Position numbers and translations under genes: made by a program. From NCBI GenBank assembly GCA_964016885.1, contig OZ024740.1, forward strand, positions 372,558,001 to 372,622,000: a DNA stretch of 64,000 bases. Direction: 5' to 3'. The notes under the pieces were generated by a model that saw only the letters and a program-made list of their open reading frames with translations, was not told where the DNA came from and searched no databases. The DNA is from Eledone cirrhosa. Taxonomy: Eukaryota. Below are positions 1-12,804 of this stretch, piece after piece. Each line of letters starts with the position of its first letter. Positions within the stretch are counted from its first letter, which is position 1.

Positions 1-1199
1 ATATATCTACTTGTCTACTCGCAGAAACAATGGAGTATAGAACCATTATCAATTGAAATAAACCACTCACAAACTCTCTGAAATGTATAAAATAGATAAA
101 GCAATCGTGATGTAAAGTAAATGGAACTATTATTAACAGAAAATGGAGCACCAATTTAACGATAAAACAAACTAGAATTAGTGAGAAAACAAAAGATATA
201 AAACTGATAAGTAGAAGATATTGTTTTAAAATGCTTATATTGTCATGTGAGTTTCAAAAACGAAGTGGTGGATTTTGCTTGAACTTCTTAAGTTGCTAAT
301 AATAAAACTTTCAGGTTCAACGTTATAACTTGTAGTTGAACATTCTACATAACTTTCGTTAACGGTTAGAAACAAAATAAGATCTGATAAAAACAACGCC
401 ACAAGATTTTTACTGCATGGAAAACAAATCAATGCTGATAAAACTCTAATATGACTTGTCCAGACTATCGATGCAGACTTTTGTTCCTATTTCCAATATA
501 TGTTTCTGGCAGTAAACAGATAGTGCCTCGTTTCATCGTAGTAGATGTTGAAGAACAGAATTATAATTCCTCAGTTTTGACACTAACTTTTTAACGATTT
601 TATACATTACGTCAGAGTATGTACAAGAGAAAATGTTATAGGTGAAATACTTACCAGTAATAATAGTTATGTAGCTTCTGCGTGTGTTCAGCATATTATA
701 TCTGATTTCATTCAGTTCCAGCTATCGTGCTTTGAATATTTAACTCAATTAGAAACACACATTAATCTCTCCCGCCCCCAGGAAGTGAAGTTATTCATAA
801 ATTAACAGGACGGCTATTCATCATATTTGATTGTTAGATAAATTGATGACAAACGTATGTGCTTTTCATCTCAAAACCCCAAATCTACGTAAAATGATGT
901 GGATGCTATATTATAGTTAAGCATTATCGTTTAATGGCAATACAATTTGCATCCTTTTCATCCTAACATCCTCATTTGATAATGGTTTTTTAAAAATCAG
1001 CTTGTTTTTCTGTATGACTTAAGGTTATATATTTAGGTTTTCATTTCCATTATTTCATAGAATATATGATATACTCATCCAAATGGGCATGCTATATTCA
1101 TAAGTTCCAATTAGAATTATTATGTTCAAGTAACAGCATCATATAGGGCATACGCTTTTGGTGGGGCGTGCCTTGTTATAGCACTAAGATTTATAACCG

Positions 1200-1200
<1 letters not shown>

Positions 1201-1262
<62 letters not shown>

Positions 1263-1275
1263 CTCACACACACAC
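1201..1275. repeat. (CA)n microsatellite
   Basis: Direct read of the sequence. Confidence 0.95.
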
Positions 1276-3438
1276 TCCCCCCACACATCTGTATTTAGAT
1301 ACAACGGAAAAAGCTTCCTCATATGATTGTATTTCAATATGAAATAGCTTTCCGAATATTCTCAATGAAATTCCAAAATCTGAAAGAAATATATATTACG
1401 TATTCAATCTGTCATTTATTTGTATTCTGCAATGATTATTCAAAATCATTTCGGTAAAATGCTTTCCGGAAATCATTATGAAAGTATTTTTTTTCTTTTA
1501 CAATTTGTTCTTTCCAATGCAATTTTCCTTTTATTTCCATACCTATAACAAATTTAAGGAAATAGTGCAGGCGTATATGAACATCGTCACAATGACGTTC
1601 TCTTATGCTAATTATACTTCTGCTAAATATATCCGATAAATATGCATACCTCTAGAAGAATCATAGGGCTTGATTGATAAAAGATATCAGCCTTAATGAA
1701 GATAGGTATACTGTGAAGAATATAAATTGAGTGCAAGAATTGCAAACAAAATGGTGCAGAAATGCGCCAGCTTCAGCATTCAGTTATCAGAAGAAGAGGA
1801 TAGGCGTAAATGCCAATCTTCAATTCGGTATTCGTGCCAACACTTACCTATGGTCATGAATGTTGTGTAATTACCGAAAGAATACAATCGCGAATACAAA
1901 CTGTAACTGGTAACACAGTTTAACTGTATCGTTTTGATGAAAGTAAGGTTTTAGTTTGATTAACAAGTCTGAAAACCGCATTGCTGTTGAAGTCATGGAC
2001 AAATGTGGACCTTAAACCAATAATCTGTGAAACGCACGTAACTCGTGGATAATCAATAACATTATTCATGTGAAACTCCATGTTATATATATATAGATAT
2101 ATATATATATTACTCAAAGTTCTTTGTCATAAACATTCACACACACGCGCACACATGTGTATATGGCGAGAGGGAGGAAGGGATACAAACTATACTAAGA
2201 TCTCGCGTTTTATGTCATCGACGACATGATTTCAATTAAGAGCTATAGGTACTTCAAAGTAGTAAACATTATGAATGACTCTAGCAGCTGGTGATAGAAA
2301 CACGGTAAGGTAGTTCTTGTTCCTTTTATGAAGACTAAAACTACAAAACGCAACGATGAGAATCAATGAATCATTCTACAAATATCATCATTAGATTACA
2401 TCGTTGATGTGAACGCCATTGACCTCACCACCATAATTGTAAATGCTTGATCAACAATAGTAAAAGTAATTGAAATATATAATAGATCAGACTAAGAGAG
2501 ACAGAGGTGGTGGAGGGGCAAAAGACGAGAGGAATGTAGGCATACGCTCAACTAAAATATAAGCACATCCACACATATATGTAACTATATAAAGAGACTG
2601 GGAATAGAGTGAGAAATATATATATATATATATATATATAAAAGAAAATCTGTAGCAAACCTATTTTTTGTGTTCATAGTTCATAATGCATATTGTTCAG
2701 TATGGAACACCTGCACAGTCTATGAAAAATACAACTGAATAACATCAGTAACACGACCAACATTGAATTAAACAACAACAGCTACTACCACTATTACAAG
2801 AACAAGTACAACTACAGTAACTTCAGATAACTAATAACAGTTGCTGTCAAAGCAAACAAAGACATAACATATGGAATGAAAATAAAAATATGAAACAGAA
2901 ATTTGTATCGAAAGAAGAACAAAACAATAATAAAAACAACCCCAACGAAAAAAACATTTTTCTTCTACAGTACATCTTTCTCATCATTGTTATTCTCAAA
3001 CTAAGAAACATACCCATCATCATCATAATTCTCTTCGTCATCGTGATACTTTACTCACCATTATCATTATCATAATCCTCACCAACATCATCAGCCTCCA
3101 CGCCTCCATCACGATTATGGATGATCAAACTTCCAAACATCTAAAACCAACTGTAGAAAATGCAGCTGTCGTTTATATGAATGTGTATGAAGTATTTCAT
3201 AAGTTGCTATAGTAAGCAACTTAACCTTTTGCCATGATTGCCACTCTGAATGTCAGATCTAGTTACTGAGCATCTGCCAGTCATTCTCATCCCAGTGTTA
3301 ATTCATCATTTTATTAAGGGGCATACTTATTCTGAAGAGCAAAGAGAGGCACATTCATTCAGACAGACATCTGCGATTGTTGTTGGTTTTGATAGTTATT
3401 ATGCTGTATTCATCATATTATAATTGAAACCATTATTT

Positions 3439-3493
3439 TAATAACAATAATAATAATAATAATAATAATAATAGTAATAATAATAATAATAAT
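3439..3493. repeat. (TAA)n tract, 5' flank and presumed target of Dong/R4 copy 1
   Basis: TAA repeats run directly into ATCCCTGGGGCGGA, which matches the intact copy at ~8406. Confidence 0.9.
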
Positions 3494-5880
3494 CCCTGGG
3501 GCGGAGCAAACTAAAACATTCTGGAGAGGAATATGGGAGCAGGATGTTAGACATAATGTCCAGGCAGGGTGGATTGAGACAGTACAGAGGGAGATCGGTG
3601 AGCAGGCACACCAACAAACTGATTTGAGTATCACAGTTGAAACTCTTAAGGGGCAGGCCAAAAAACTAACCAACTGGAAATCACCAGGCCCAGATGGTGT
3701 GCAGGGGTATTGGATTAAAAATTTAACATCCCTCCACCCGAAGCTGACGGCTATGTTCAATGACTGCTTGGTGTCGGCTGAGGTGCCAGAGTGGTTGACA
3801 AAAGGTACCACAGTTCTGATAATGAAAGACCGAATCAAGGGTAATGATGTTACCAACTATAGACCTATCACATGTCTGTCCGTAATGTGGAAACTGTTGA
3901 CGAGCATTGTGTCTGAGGAAATCTACCATCACCTCCACACAAACAACTTGTTACCGGACGAACAGAAAGGATGCCGAAAGATGTCACGTGGCGAAAGGAC
4001 CAGTTACTTATTGATAAGATGGTAATGGGGAATTGCAGGAGGAGACACACTGATCTTGCCATGGGATGGATAGACTACAGAAAGGCATTTGACATGGTGC
4101 CTCATTCTTGGATCACCAAAAGCCTGGAGATCTTCAGGGTGGCAGATAACATCAGACAGTTGCTGGGGTCCTGGGAGACAGAGTTGACATCAACTGGAGT
4201 ATCCTTGGGATGCGTGAAGATCAAGAGAGGTATCTTCCAGGGAGATAGCCTGTCCCCTCTGTTGTTTGTCCTTGCCCTGATGCCATTGACCATTATGCTG
4301 CGAAAAGTGAGAGCAGGATACAAGTCGGGAAAGGGAGAGCTTACCATCAATCACCTCCTCTTCATGGACGATCTTAAGCTCTTCGGGAAAAGTGAGAAGG
4401 AGTTGGATGTGCTTGTTGACACTGTCCGTATTTTCAGCAGTGATATATGTATGCAGTTTGGTATTAGTAAATGTGGAGTCATTGTGATGAAGAGGGGTAG
4501 GTTGAGCAGAAGTAACGGGATCCAGATACCAACAGGTGAGATGATAAAGGAAATTGACTCTGAGGAAGGATACAAGTATTTGGGCGTTCTGGAGGCTGAT
4601 GGCATAAAGAACAAAAAAATGACGGAATTGTTAAGAACTGAATACATTCGGAGAGTAAGGAGCGTATTGAAGTTACATCTGAACAGCAGAAATGCCATAA
4701 GCGCAGTAAATTCCCGAGCTGTGTCTATTATTAGGTACAGTGCGGGAATTCTGAGATGGAATGTTGCTGAACAAAAAGAAATGGATAGGAAGACTAGGAA
4801 GCTATTGACTATCTACAACATGTCCCACAAGAGGATTGATGTCGATAGACTCTACCTAAGGAGATCTGAGGGTGGAAGAGGTCTTATCAGCATAGAGGAC
4901 TGTGTTCAGATGGAGAAAAACAACCTATACAAATACGTGACCTATAGTAAGGAGCCAATGCTCAGAACTGTACTGAAGGAGGGGACAGTAGGCCAGGGGA
5001 TGTCCAAGGAGGAAATAACATCAAGGAGGAAGAGCAGCCTTAAGGGAAAATCCCTTCATAGTACCTTCTTTGAGAAAACTGAATTTAGAGATCCACAGAC
5101 ATGGAACTGGTTGAGAAGAGGAGACCTCAAAAAGGCTACAGAAGGAATGCTAATGGCTGCGCAGGAGCAGGCTCTCAAAACGAAGTGGTTGAAGCACCAT
5201 ATTTACAAGGAGGAGGCTAGCCCACTATGCAGGATCTGTGGAGAGAGAGAGGAGACTGTGGCTCACATTGTGTCCGAGTGTAAACACCTAGCCCAGACCC
5301 ACTATAAGGGCTGGAGTCACGATGTGATTGGCAGGGTGATCCACTGGCACCTGTGCAAAGTAAACAATTTACCACACTCTGAGAAATGGTATGAGCATAG
5401 GCCAGAGGCGGTGATGGAGAACAATCAGGTGAAGGTGCTGTGGGATTTTAGGATACAGACGGACAAAAAACTGGAACACAATAGACCTAACCTGGTGGTT
5501 GTGGACAAAGAAAAAAGATCGTGTCTAATTGTGGATGTGGCCTGCCCTTTCGACACGAGAGTGCAAGAGAAGGAGAGGGAGAAAATTAACCGATACCAGG
5601 ACCTAAAGTGGGAGGTGAAAAGGATTTGGAACTGCCATGAAGTCAAAGTGATCCCGATTGTCATAGGCGCACTGGGGACTATCTCCAAAAGTTTCCAGGG
5701 ATGGTTAAAGAAAATCGGCCCCGTCAGGGCTTTTTGGAACGCTTCAAAAGGCATGCTTGCTTGGAACAGCAAGAACCCTCCGATACGTCCTGAATATCTG
5801 AGGCTGCAGGTAGTGGCTTGATATTCATTCCCACGGACTTTCCAGTTAACCAACATCAATGACTGAGATTCAAGGAATAA
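3494..5880 (+). mobile_element. 5'-truncated R4/Dong-clade RLE non-LTR retrotransposon, copy 1 (frameshifted)
   Basis: ORFs 3624-4025 and 3971-5821 carry YRPITCL, GIFQGDSLSP, FMDD, the CCHC knuckle CRICGEREETVAHIVSEC and the RP(N)LVVVD..IVDVACP endonuclease. Near-identical to 8406-10808 apart from frameshifts at ~3991 and ~5725, a 12-bp deletion at ~4165 and scattered substitutions. Ends in (TAA)n. Confidence 0.93.
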
Positions 5881-5884
5881 CAAC

Positions 5885-5949
<65 letters not shown>
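5881..5949. repeat. (TAA)n tail/target between copy 1 and the next element
   Basis: Direct read. Confidence 0.95.
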
Positions 5950-6122
5950 GGGAATAAGGGAAGAAGACGCACGAGGTGACGGAGGTCATGAAATCGCTCC
6001 CGTAAGTTTTGAATTTTTAACATATTTAAATCATTTGTGAAATAACAACTCTTAGTACAAATGCTACGTAAAGCACCCGGCTTGAGCCCCAAAAAATTCG
6101 GACCCAAAATATATTGTTATAA

Positions 6123-6763
6123 GGCTCAAATATTCAAATATTCAACTTTGTATTGTACACTGTATATCCAAAAAAAATGGCTATAAATGGAAGAAGAAGA
6201 ACCCCCCCCCCCTCCTCTCCTCTGGCTACACTATATAGGACAGCTAAACTCACCAACACCAGAAACTAGATACACCGCCCACCCCATCATCTGTGTACAC
6301 TAAACACAACAGCATTTTCACCTTCACCGCCACCGCTCACTACGGCCATCATTACCACCACTATCCCATCACCGCCGCCACCACCCCTTGACTCCTTCAC
6401 TGCTGCTGCCACCGCTACAGCACCATCACTACAGTAATACGGCTCAAATATTCAAATATTCAACTTTGTATTGTACACTGTATATCCAAAAAAAAAAAAT
6501 GAAATGGCTATAAATGGAAGAAGAAGAACCCCCCCTCCTCTCCTCTGGCTACACTATATAGGACAGCGAAACTCACCAACACCAGAAACTAGATACACCA
6601 CCCACCCCATCATCTGTGTACACTAAACACAACAGCATTTTCACCTTCACCGACACCGCTCACTACGGCCATCATTACCACCACTATCCTATCACCGCCG
6701 CCACCACCCCCTGACTCCTTCACTGCTGCTGCCACCGCTACAGCACCATCACTACAGTAATAC
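6123..6763. repeat. Tandem duplication, 2 x ~320 bp (6123-6440, 6441-6763)
   Basis: GGCTCAAATATTCAAATATTC...CAGTAATAC occurs twice with few differences. Confidence 0.92.
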
Positions 6764-7334
6764 GGTCGCATCACCGCCACCACTGCCTCGGTATCGACAT
6801 CACCGCCACCACTGTCTCAGTATCGCCAACGCCGCTAGTCTCTGCTGGCTACCACTTCCACATTATAGAATTCCTACTACTAACAAAGAGGAAGGCATCA
6901 AAATATATAGATAGACTCAAAAGAAAAAAGAAAAAACATACAACAAAAGCAGCACAGCAACAACAGTAAAAAACGAGAAAAACAGAGAAAAACAAAAACA
7001 AAAAAAGAAACCCCAAAAACGTAAAGAAAATAAGAATGAAGAGAGAAGCAGGCGGACGGACAGAGAAGAGGGGGGAAAAAGTAAAACTTAAAAAACAAAA
7101 ACTAAGTCAGACATTCGAATACTACATTACAATGAAACTTATGCTTATTCATTTTTGGGGCCCTTTCTGCCCGTGTGTTTGTTTGTTTATGTGTGTCCGT
7201 ATACAGCGTGGTGATAATGCCACACAAGGGCCAAGTGGGATGGCGGATCCACAGATGGCTATGTAAACATACATTCGCCAATCCTCGATAAGAGTGTTTA
7301 AATATCGAACATAAACAGTTCGAATAACGGTGAA

Positions 7335-10300
7335 ATGGAGACTAGAACGTCATGTGACAGACTCTCACCCAACAGGTGCCCCCTGGCTCAGCAGCAGGAA
7401 CCTGACTGTCAACGAAATACTGCTGATGTTGGAGGAAGAAGAAGAAGGAAAGGGGCCAGAACCAACTGGACGAAAGAATTGAATAGAACTGTTATGCAAT
7501 GCTACCTGAAAAGTAACCCCAAGGAGAGGGGCTACAGGAGACGGATTCATAACATCTGGAACGAGATTGGTTTATTTAAATTAGATGAACAAAAATTGGC
7601 CGGGCAGGCTCGGGTAATAAGAACTAATGGGTGGATAAGCGAGCTGGAACTGGAGGAACTGAGCAGAGAGAATGGCTTGGAGATGGCGGGTGTAGTATGC
7701 CAGACAAGCGAGCCGGCGGGAAATGAAGGTGAGGAGGTCCTGAGAGCGGAGGAACCACCCGAAGCAGACAATGATCTGAATACTGAGATAAATAATACCT
7801 GGAACAGAGATACGGCCACTGAGGAGATGAATGCTGACGGGCTAGGACAAGATTCGGTTGACATCCTAAATTTAGTGGTAGATGAGTTGAACAATGATAG
7901 TGGGAGACCTATGAACCTAAGATTTGTAGACAGGAAAAAGTTAAAAGAAACAACAGCTAAGGTAAACAAAGTCATCCCATACCTTGAGGCGAGGAGTCTT
8001 CACCAGTGCAACAATATCCTCAAAGCAACAGCAAATACGGTGAGGAAACTACTTGGTATAAAAGCGAGAGGAAACAACAGACAAGAAAGAGCAGAGCCGT
8101 GGTGGAAGAAGCGACTGAGTGGGCAAATCGGGGAAATGAGAAATGACATAGGAAAGCTTGAGTCACTACTGAATGGGACACTAAAAAACATAGGCACTAA
8201 AAATAGACTGGAAATAAAATACAAAACTAGGAGTAAAAAGCTAAATATTATCATAGAGGAATTGAAGCAACGCATTGTAGCAAAGAGTGCCAAAATCAGG
8301 CGATACGAGAACAGAGTCAGTCAGTATAAACAGAACCGCATGTTCGACAACAACCAGATGATGCTGTTTGGACAGCTTGAGGGGAAAGAAAGAGGCACCG
8401 ACTTGATCCCTGGGGCGGAACAAGCTAAAACATTCTGGAGAGGAATATGGGAGCAGGATGTTAGACACAATGCCCAGGCAGGGTGGATTGAGACAGTACA
8501 GAGGGAGATCGGTGAGCAGGCACAGCAACAGACTGATTTGAGTATCACAGTTGAAACTCTTAAGGGGCAAGCCAAAAAACTAACCAACTGGAAATCACCA
8601 GGCCCAGATGGTGTGCAGGGGTATTGGATTAAACATTTAACATCCCTCCACCCGAAGCTGACGGCCATGTTCAATGACTGCTTGGTGTCGGGTGAGGTGC
8701 CAGAGTGGTTGACAAAAGGTACCACAGTTCTGATAATGAAAGACCGAATCAAGGGTAATGATGTTACCAACTATAGACCTAACACATGTCTGCCCGTAAT
8801 GTGGAAACTGTTGACGAGCATTGTGTATGAGGAAATCTACCATCACCTCCACACAAACAACTTGTTGCCGGACGAACAGAAAGGATGCCGAAAGAAGTCA
8901 CGTGGTACAAAGGACCAGTTGCTTATTGATAAGATGGTAATGGGGAATTGCAGGAGGAGACACACTGATCTTGCCATGGGATGGATAGACTACAGAAAGG
9001 CATTTGACATGGTGCCTCATTCCTGGATCACCAAAAGCCTGGAGATCTTCAGGGTGGCAGATAACATCAGACAGTTGCTGGGCAGGAGTATGGGGTCCTG
9101 GGAGACAGAGTTGACATCAACTGGAGTATCCTTGGGAAGCGTGAAGATCAAGAGAGGTATCTTCCAGGGAGATAGCCTGTCCCCTCTGTTGTTTGTCCTT
9201 GCCCTGATGCCCTTGACCATTATGCTGCGAAAAGTGAGAGCAGGATACAAGTTGGGAAGGGGAGAGCTTACCATCAATCACCTCCTCTTCATGGACGATC
9301 TTAAGCTCTTCGGGAAAAGTGAGAAGGAGTTGGATGTGCTTGTTGACACTGTCCGTATTTTCAGCAGTGATATATGTATGCAGTTTGGTATTGGTAAATG
9401 TGGAGTCATTGTGATGAGGAGGGGTAGGTTGAGCAGAAGTAACGGGATCCAGATACCAACAGGTGAGATGATAAAGGAAATTGACTCTGAGGAAGGATAC
9501 AAGTATTTGGGCGTTCTGGAGGCTGATGGCATAAAGAACAAAAAAATGAAGGAATTGTTAAGAACTGAATACATTCGGAGAGTAAGGAGCGTATTGAAGT
9601 CACATCTGAACAGCAGAAATGCCATAAGCGCAGTAAATTCCCGAGCTGTGTCTATTATTAGGTACAGTGCGGGAATTCTGAGATGGAATGTTGCTGAACA
9701 AAAAGAAATGGATAGGAAGACTAGGAAGCTATTGACTATCTACAACATGTTCCACAAGAGGAGTGATGTCGATAGACTCTACCTAAGGAGATCTGAGGGT
9801 GGAAGAGGTCTTATCAGCATAGAGGACTGTGTTCAGATGGAGAAAAACAACCTATACAAATACGTGACCTATAGTAAGGAGCCAATGCTCAGAGCTGTAC
9901 TGAAGGAGGGGACAGTAGGCCAGGGGATACCCAAGGAGGAAATAACATCAAGGAGGAAGAGCAGCCTTAAGGGAAAATCCCTTCATAGTACCTTCTTTGA
10001 GAAAACTGAATTTAGAGATCCACAGACATGGAACTGGTTGAGAAGAGGAGACCTCAAAAAGGCTACAGAAGGAATGCTAATGGCTGCGCAGGAGCAGGCC
10101 CTCAAAACGAAGTGGTTGAAGCACCATATCTACAAGGAGGAGGCTAGCCAACTGTGCAGGATCTGTGGAGAGAGAGAGGAGACTGTGGCTCACATTGTGT
10201 CCGAGTGTAAACACCTAGCCCAGACCCACTATAAGGGCTGGAGACACGATGTGATGGGCAGGGTGATCCACTGGCACCTGTGCAAAGTAAACACTCTACC

Positions 10301-10727
10301 ACATTCTGAGAAATGGTATGAGCATAGGCCAGAGGCGGTGATGGAGAACAGTCAGGTGAAGGTGCTGTGGGATTTTAGGATACAGACGGACAAAAAACTG
10401 GAACACAATAGACCTGACCTGGTGGTTGTGGACAAAGAAAAAAGATCGTGCCTGATTGTGGATGTGGCCTGCCCGTTCGACACGAGAGTGCAAGAGAAGG
10501 AGAGGGAGAAAATTAACCGATACCAGGACCTAAAGTGGGAGGTGAAAAGGATTTGGAACTGCCATGAAGTCAAAGTGATCCCGATTGTCATAGGCGCACT
10601 GGGGACTATCTCCAAAGGTTTCCAGGGATGGTTAAAGAAAATCGGCCCCTTCACGCTTTTTGGAACGCTTCAAAAGGCATGCTTGCTTGGAACGGCAAGA
10701 ACCCTCCGATACGTCCTGAATATCTGA
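7335..10727 (+). CDS. 1130-aa RLE-type retrotransposon protein: N-terminal Myb-like region, reverse transcriptase, CCHC zinc knuckle, PD-(D/E)xK restriction-like endonuclease
   Basis: RTNWTKELN..CY..GYRRRIHNIW (R4/Dong N-terminus), KSPGPDG, EQKGC, WIDYRKAFDMVPH, GIFQGDSLSP, LLFMDD (FMDD at 9288), YKYLG, CRICGEREETVAHIVSEC, RHD, RPDLVVVD..IVDVACP..K..RY; no stops. Confidence 0.96.
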   Translation: METRTSCDRLSPNRCPLAQQQEPDCQRNTADVGGRRRRKGARTNWTKELNRTVMQCYLKSNPKERGYRRRIHNIWNEIGLFKLDEQKLAGQARVIRTNGWISELELEELSRENGLEMAGVVCQTSEPAGNEGEEVLRAEEPPEADNDLNTEINNTWNRDTATEEMNADGLGQDSVDILNLVVDELNNDSGRPMNLRFVDRKKLKETTAKVNKVIPYLEARSLHQCNNILKATANTVRKLLGIKARGNNRQERAEPWWKKRLSGQIGEMRNDIGKLESLLNGTLKNIGTKNRLEIKYKTRSKKLNIIIEELKQRIVAKSAKIRRYENRVSQYKQNRMFDNNQMMLFGQLEGKERGTDLIPGAEQAKTFWRGIWEQDVRHNAQAGWIETVQREIGEQAQQQTDLSITVETLKGQAKKLTNWKSPGPDGVQGYWIKHLTSLHPKLTAMFNDCLVSGEVPEWLTKGTTVLIMKDRIKGNDVTNYRPNTCLPVMWKLLTSIVYEEIYHHLHTNNLLPDEQKGCRKKSRGTKDQLLIDKMVMGNCRRRHTDLAMGWIDYRKAFDMVPHSWITKSLEIFRVADNIRQLLGRSMGSWETELTSTGVSLGSVKIKRGIFQGDSLSPLLFVLALMPLTIMLRKVRAGYKLGRGELTINHLLFMDDLKLFGKSEKELDVLVDTVRIFSSDICMQFGIGKCGVIVMRRGRLSRSNGIQIPTGEMIKEIDSEEGYKYLGVLEADGIKNKKMKELLRTEYIRRVRSVLKSHLNSRNAISAVNSRAVSIIRYSAGILRWNVAEQKEMDRKTRKLLTIYNMFHKRSDVDRLYLRRSEGGRGLISIEDCVQMEKNNLYKYVTYSKEPMLRAVLKEGTVGQGIPKEEITSRRKSSLKGKSLHSTFFEKTEFRDPQTWNWLRRGDLKKATEGMLMAAQEQALKTKWLKHHIYKEEASQLCRICGEREETVAHIVSECKHLAQTHYKGWRHDVMGRVIHWHLCKVNTLPHSEKWYEHRPEAVMENSQVKVLWDFRIQTDKKLEHNRPDLVVVDKEKRSCLIVDVACPFDTRVQEKEREKINRYQDLKWEVKRIWNCHEVKVIPIVIGALGTISKGFQGWLKKIGPFTLFGTLQKACLLGTARTLRYVLNI

Positions 10728-10834
10728 GGCTGCAGGTAGTGGCTTGATATTCAATCCAACGGACTTTCCAGTTAACCAACATCAATGACTGAGATTCAAG
10801 GAATAACAATAACAATAATAATAATAATAATAAT

Positions 10835-10968
10835 AAGGCATGCTTGCTTGGAACAGCAAGAACCCTCCGATACGTCCTGAATATCTGAGGCTGCAGGTAG
10901 TGGCTTGATATTCAATCCAACGGACTTTTCAGTTAACCAACATCAATGACTGAGATTCAAGGAATAAC
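10835..10968 (+). mobile_element. ~135-bp 3'-terminal fragment of the same Dong family, inside the (TAA)n tail of copy 2
   Basis: Repeats AAGGCATGCTTGC...GAGATTCAAGGAATAAC with TAA repeats on both sides. Confidence 0.9.
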
Positions 10969-11000
10969 AATAACAATAATAATAATAAAAATAATAATAA

Positions 11001-11976
11001 AAACAGAAAAAGCAAAGCAGGTAAAAGTAACTGCAAAGAAAGAACTGCTACAGAAACTGGCTAAGAAATGGCAAGAAAAGCCTCTGTATGGAAAATACCC
11101 AGAGCGAGCTAACAATCCTGATGTTGACAAAACTTTAACTCATCAGTGGTTGGCATCCTCTGGACTGAAATCGGAGACTGAAGGACTGATTATATCAGCA
11201 CAAGATCAGTGTCTGCCAACAAAAAATTACCAAGCCAACATAATATAAAATGGATGCAGCCCATTATGCCGTGTATGCAAAAAACAACCAGAGACCATTG
11301 ACCATATAATTTCAATGTGCAGTCCTATAGCTCCAACCGAATACCTAAACAGGCATGACAGAGCTGCACAATACATACATTGGATAATGTGTAAGCATTT
11401 TGACCTGCCCCATCAAAGGATTGGTGGGAGCATCAACCACCCCCCATACTTGAAAAAGATCACATCTCAATCTTGTGGAACTTTAGCATCCAAACAGACC
11501 GAAAAATAGATGCAAATAGACCTGATATAATATTGAAGGACTTTAAAAAGAGGGTATGCCTGCTAATTGATATGTCTGTTCCAATAGACAAGAATGTATC
11601 TATAAAAACATTCGAAAAATTGAGCAAGTATAAGGACCTGGAGATAGAAATTGGAAAAATGTGGAAATTGAGAACTAAAACAATACCAGTGGTTGTAGGC
11701 GCTCTGGGAATGATACCTAAGGGGTCTAATGATTACTTATCACAAATTCCAGGAAACCCGCGTATAGGAGAAATACAAAAGATAGTACTAATGGGAACTG
11801 CCCATATACTAAGGAAGATTCTGTCAATATAAGTACATCACAAGTCTAAACACTAAAGATGCATGTGTGATTATGTATGTTCTTTCTTGAACATGGCGGA
11901 CCTTGTTGTATCTTGAGGTCACTGGTTGTGACTTGGTGATAACTCTTATATACATAAAGCAAGATAAATGCAGCTG
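11001..11976 (+). mobile_element. 5'-truncated copy of a second, divergent R4/Dong family (endonuclease end only)
   Basis: LKSETEGLIISAQDQ, CRVCKKQPETIDHIISMC, RHD, NRPDIILKD..LIDMSVP..K..KY, IPVVVGALG; one stop at ~11246 and a frameshift; TAA tracts on both sides. Confidence 0.9.
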
Positions 11977-12011
11977 TAATAATAATAATAACAATAACAA
12001 TAATATTAATA

Positions 12012-12168
12012 ATAAGTGTTTCTACATTTGGCACAAGGCCAACAATTATCCAGAACATTACTGGTACTTTATTTTATCGCGCCGTAAGGATGAAAGGCAA
12101 AGTTAACCTCGACGGGTTTTGAACTCAAACCGTAAAAGGACGTAACTATGCTGGAAAGCATGACGTCC
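12012..12168 (-). mobile_element. tRNA-derived SINE (octopod-like family)
   Basis: Reverse complement of GAGTTCAAA..GAGGTTAACTTTGCCTTTCATCC..GTACCAG..GGCCTTGTGCC. Confidence 0.8.
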
Positions 12169-12804
12169 AATAATAATAATAATAAGGTAAGGGAAGAATA
12201 CGCACATGGTGAATAGGGTGTTATAGAATCGCTCCCGTAAGCTTTTTATTTGTTACATATTTAAAACAATTGTGATAGAATAATTCTTATTACAAATGGG
12301 ACATAAGATCCCAGTGTCCCCCCCCCCCCCCCCCCCAGGAAGTGGCAGCGCATAAAATTATGGCATAGGGCTCCAATATTTAATATTTAATTTTGTATCA
12401 GAAAATGTATAGTCATAAAAAAAATGGTTACAAATGGTCACAAATGGAAGAAAACAGCCAAATAACTTCACCACCACCACTATCATATAAAATTTAGCTA
12501 GATACAACACCATCACTACAGTATTACTATCCCATCATCACCGTCACCACTGCATCATCGCTACCACCATTATTCCCCCCACTACCTCCTGTTAAGAGTG
12601 GGGTGGTAGTAGTGCCACGACACATGACTAGAAGCGAGGAAGTCACCAAAAGATATAAAAAGATATAAATAGACTGATTCAGTGATTCAGTGAAACAGCT
12701 AACAACAACACAAACAAAGATAATTATTGTTGTTGTATATCTAAACTTTCTCAAAATGTTTAGTTTAAACGATGTCAAATATAAACTATAATATAATAAT
12801 ACTA

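Larger units (their letters stand above)
5950..10808 (+). mobile_element. Full-length R4/Dong-clade non-LTR retrotransposon, copy 2 (5' boundary 5950 inferred; minimum ~7255)
   Basis: Intact single ORF, ~80-bp 3' UTR and (TAA)n tail. The upstream region is homologous to the region upstream of copy 3. Confidence 0.85.

Noticed and set aside
7150-7290. Possible HDV-like ribozyme upstream of the Dong ORF (GGCCCTT/AAGGGCC and GGATGGCG/CGCCAATCC stems)
   Set aside because: Hairpins exist, but the P3/L3/P1.1 elements could not be assigned and most of the region is absent from copy 3
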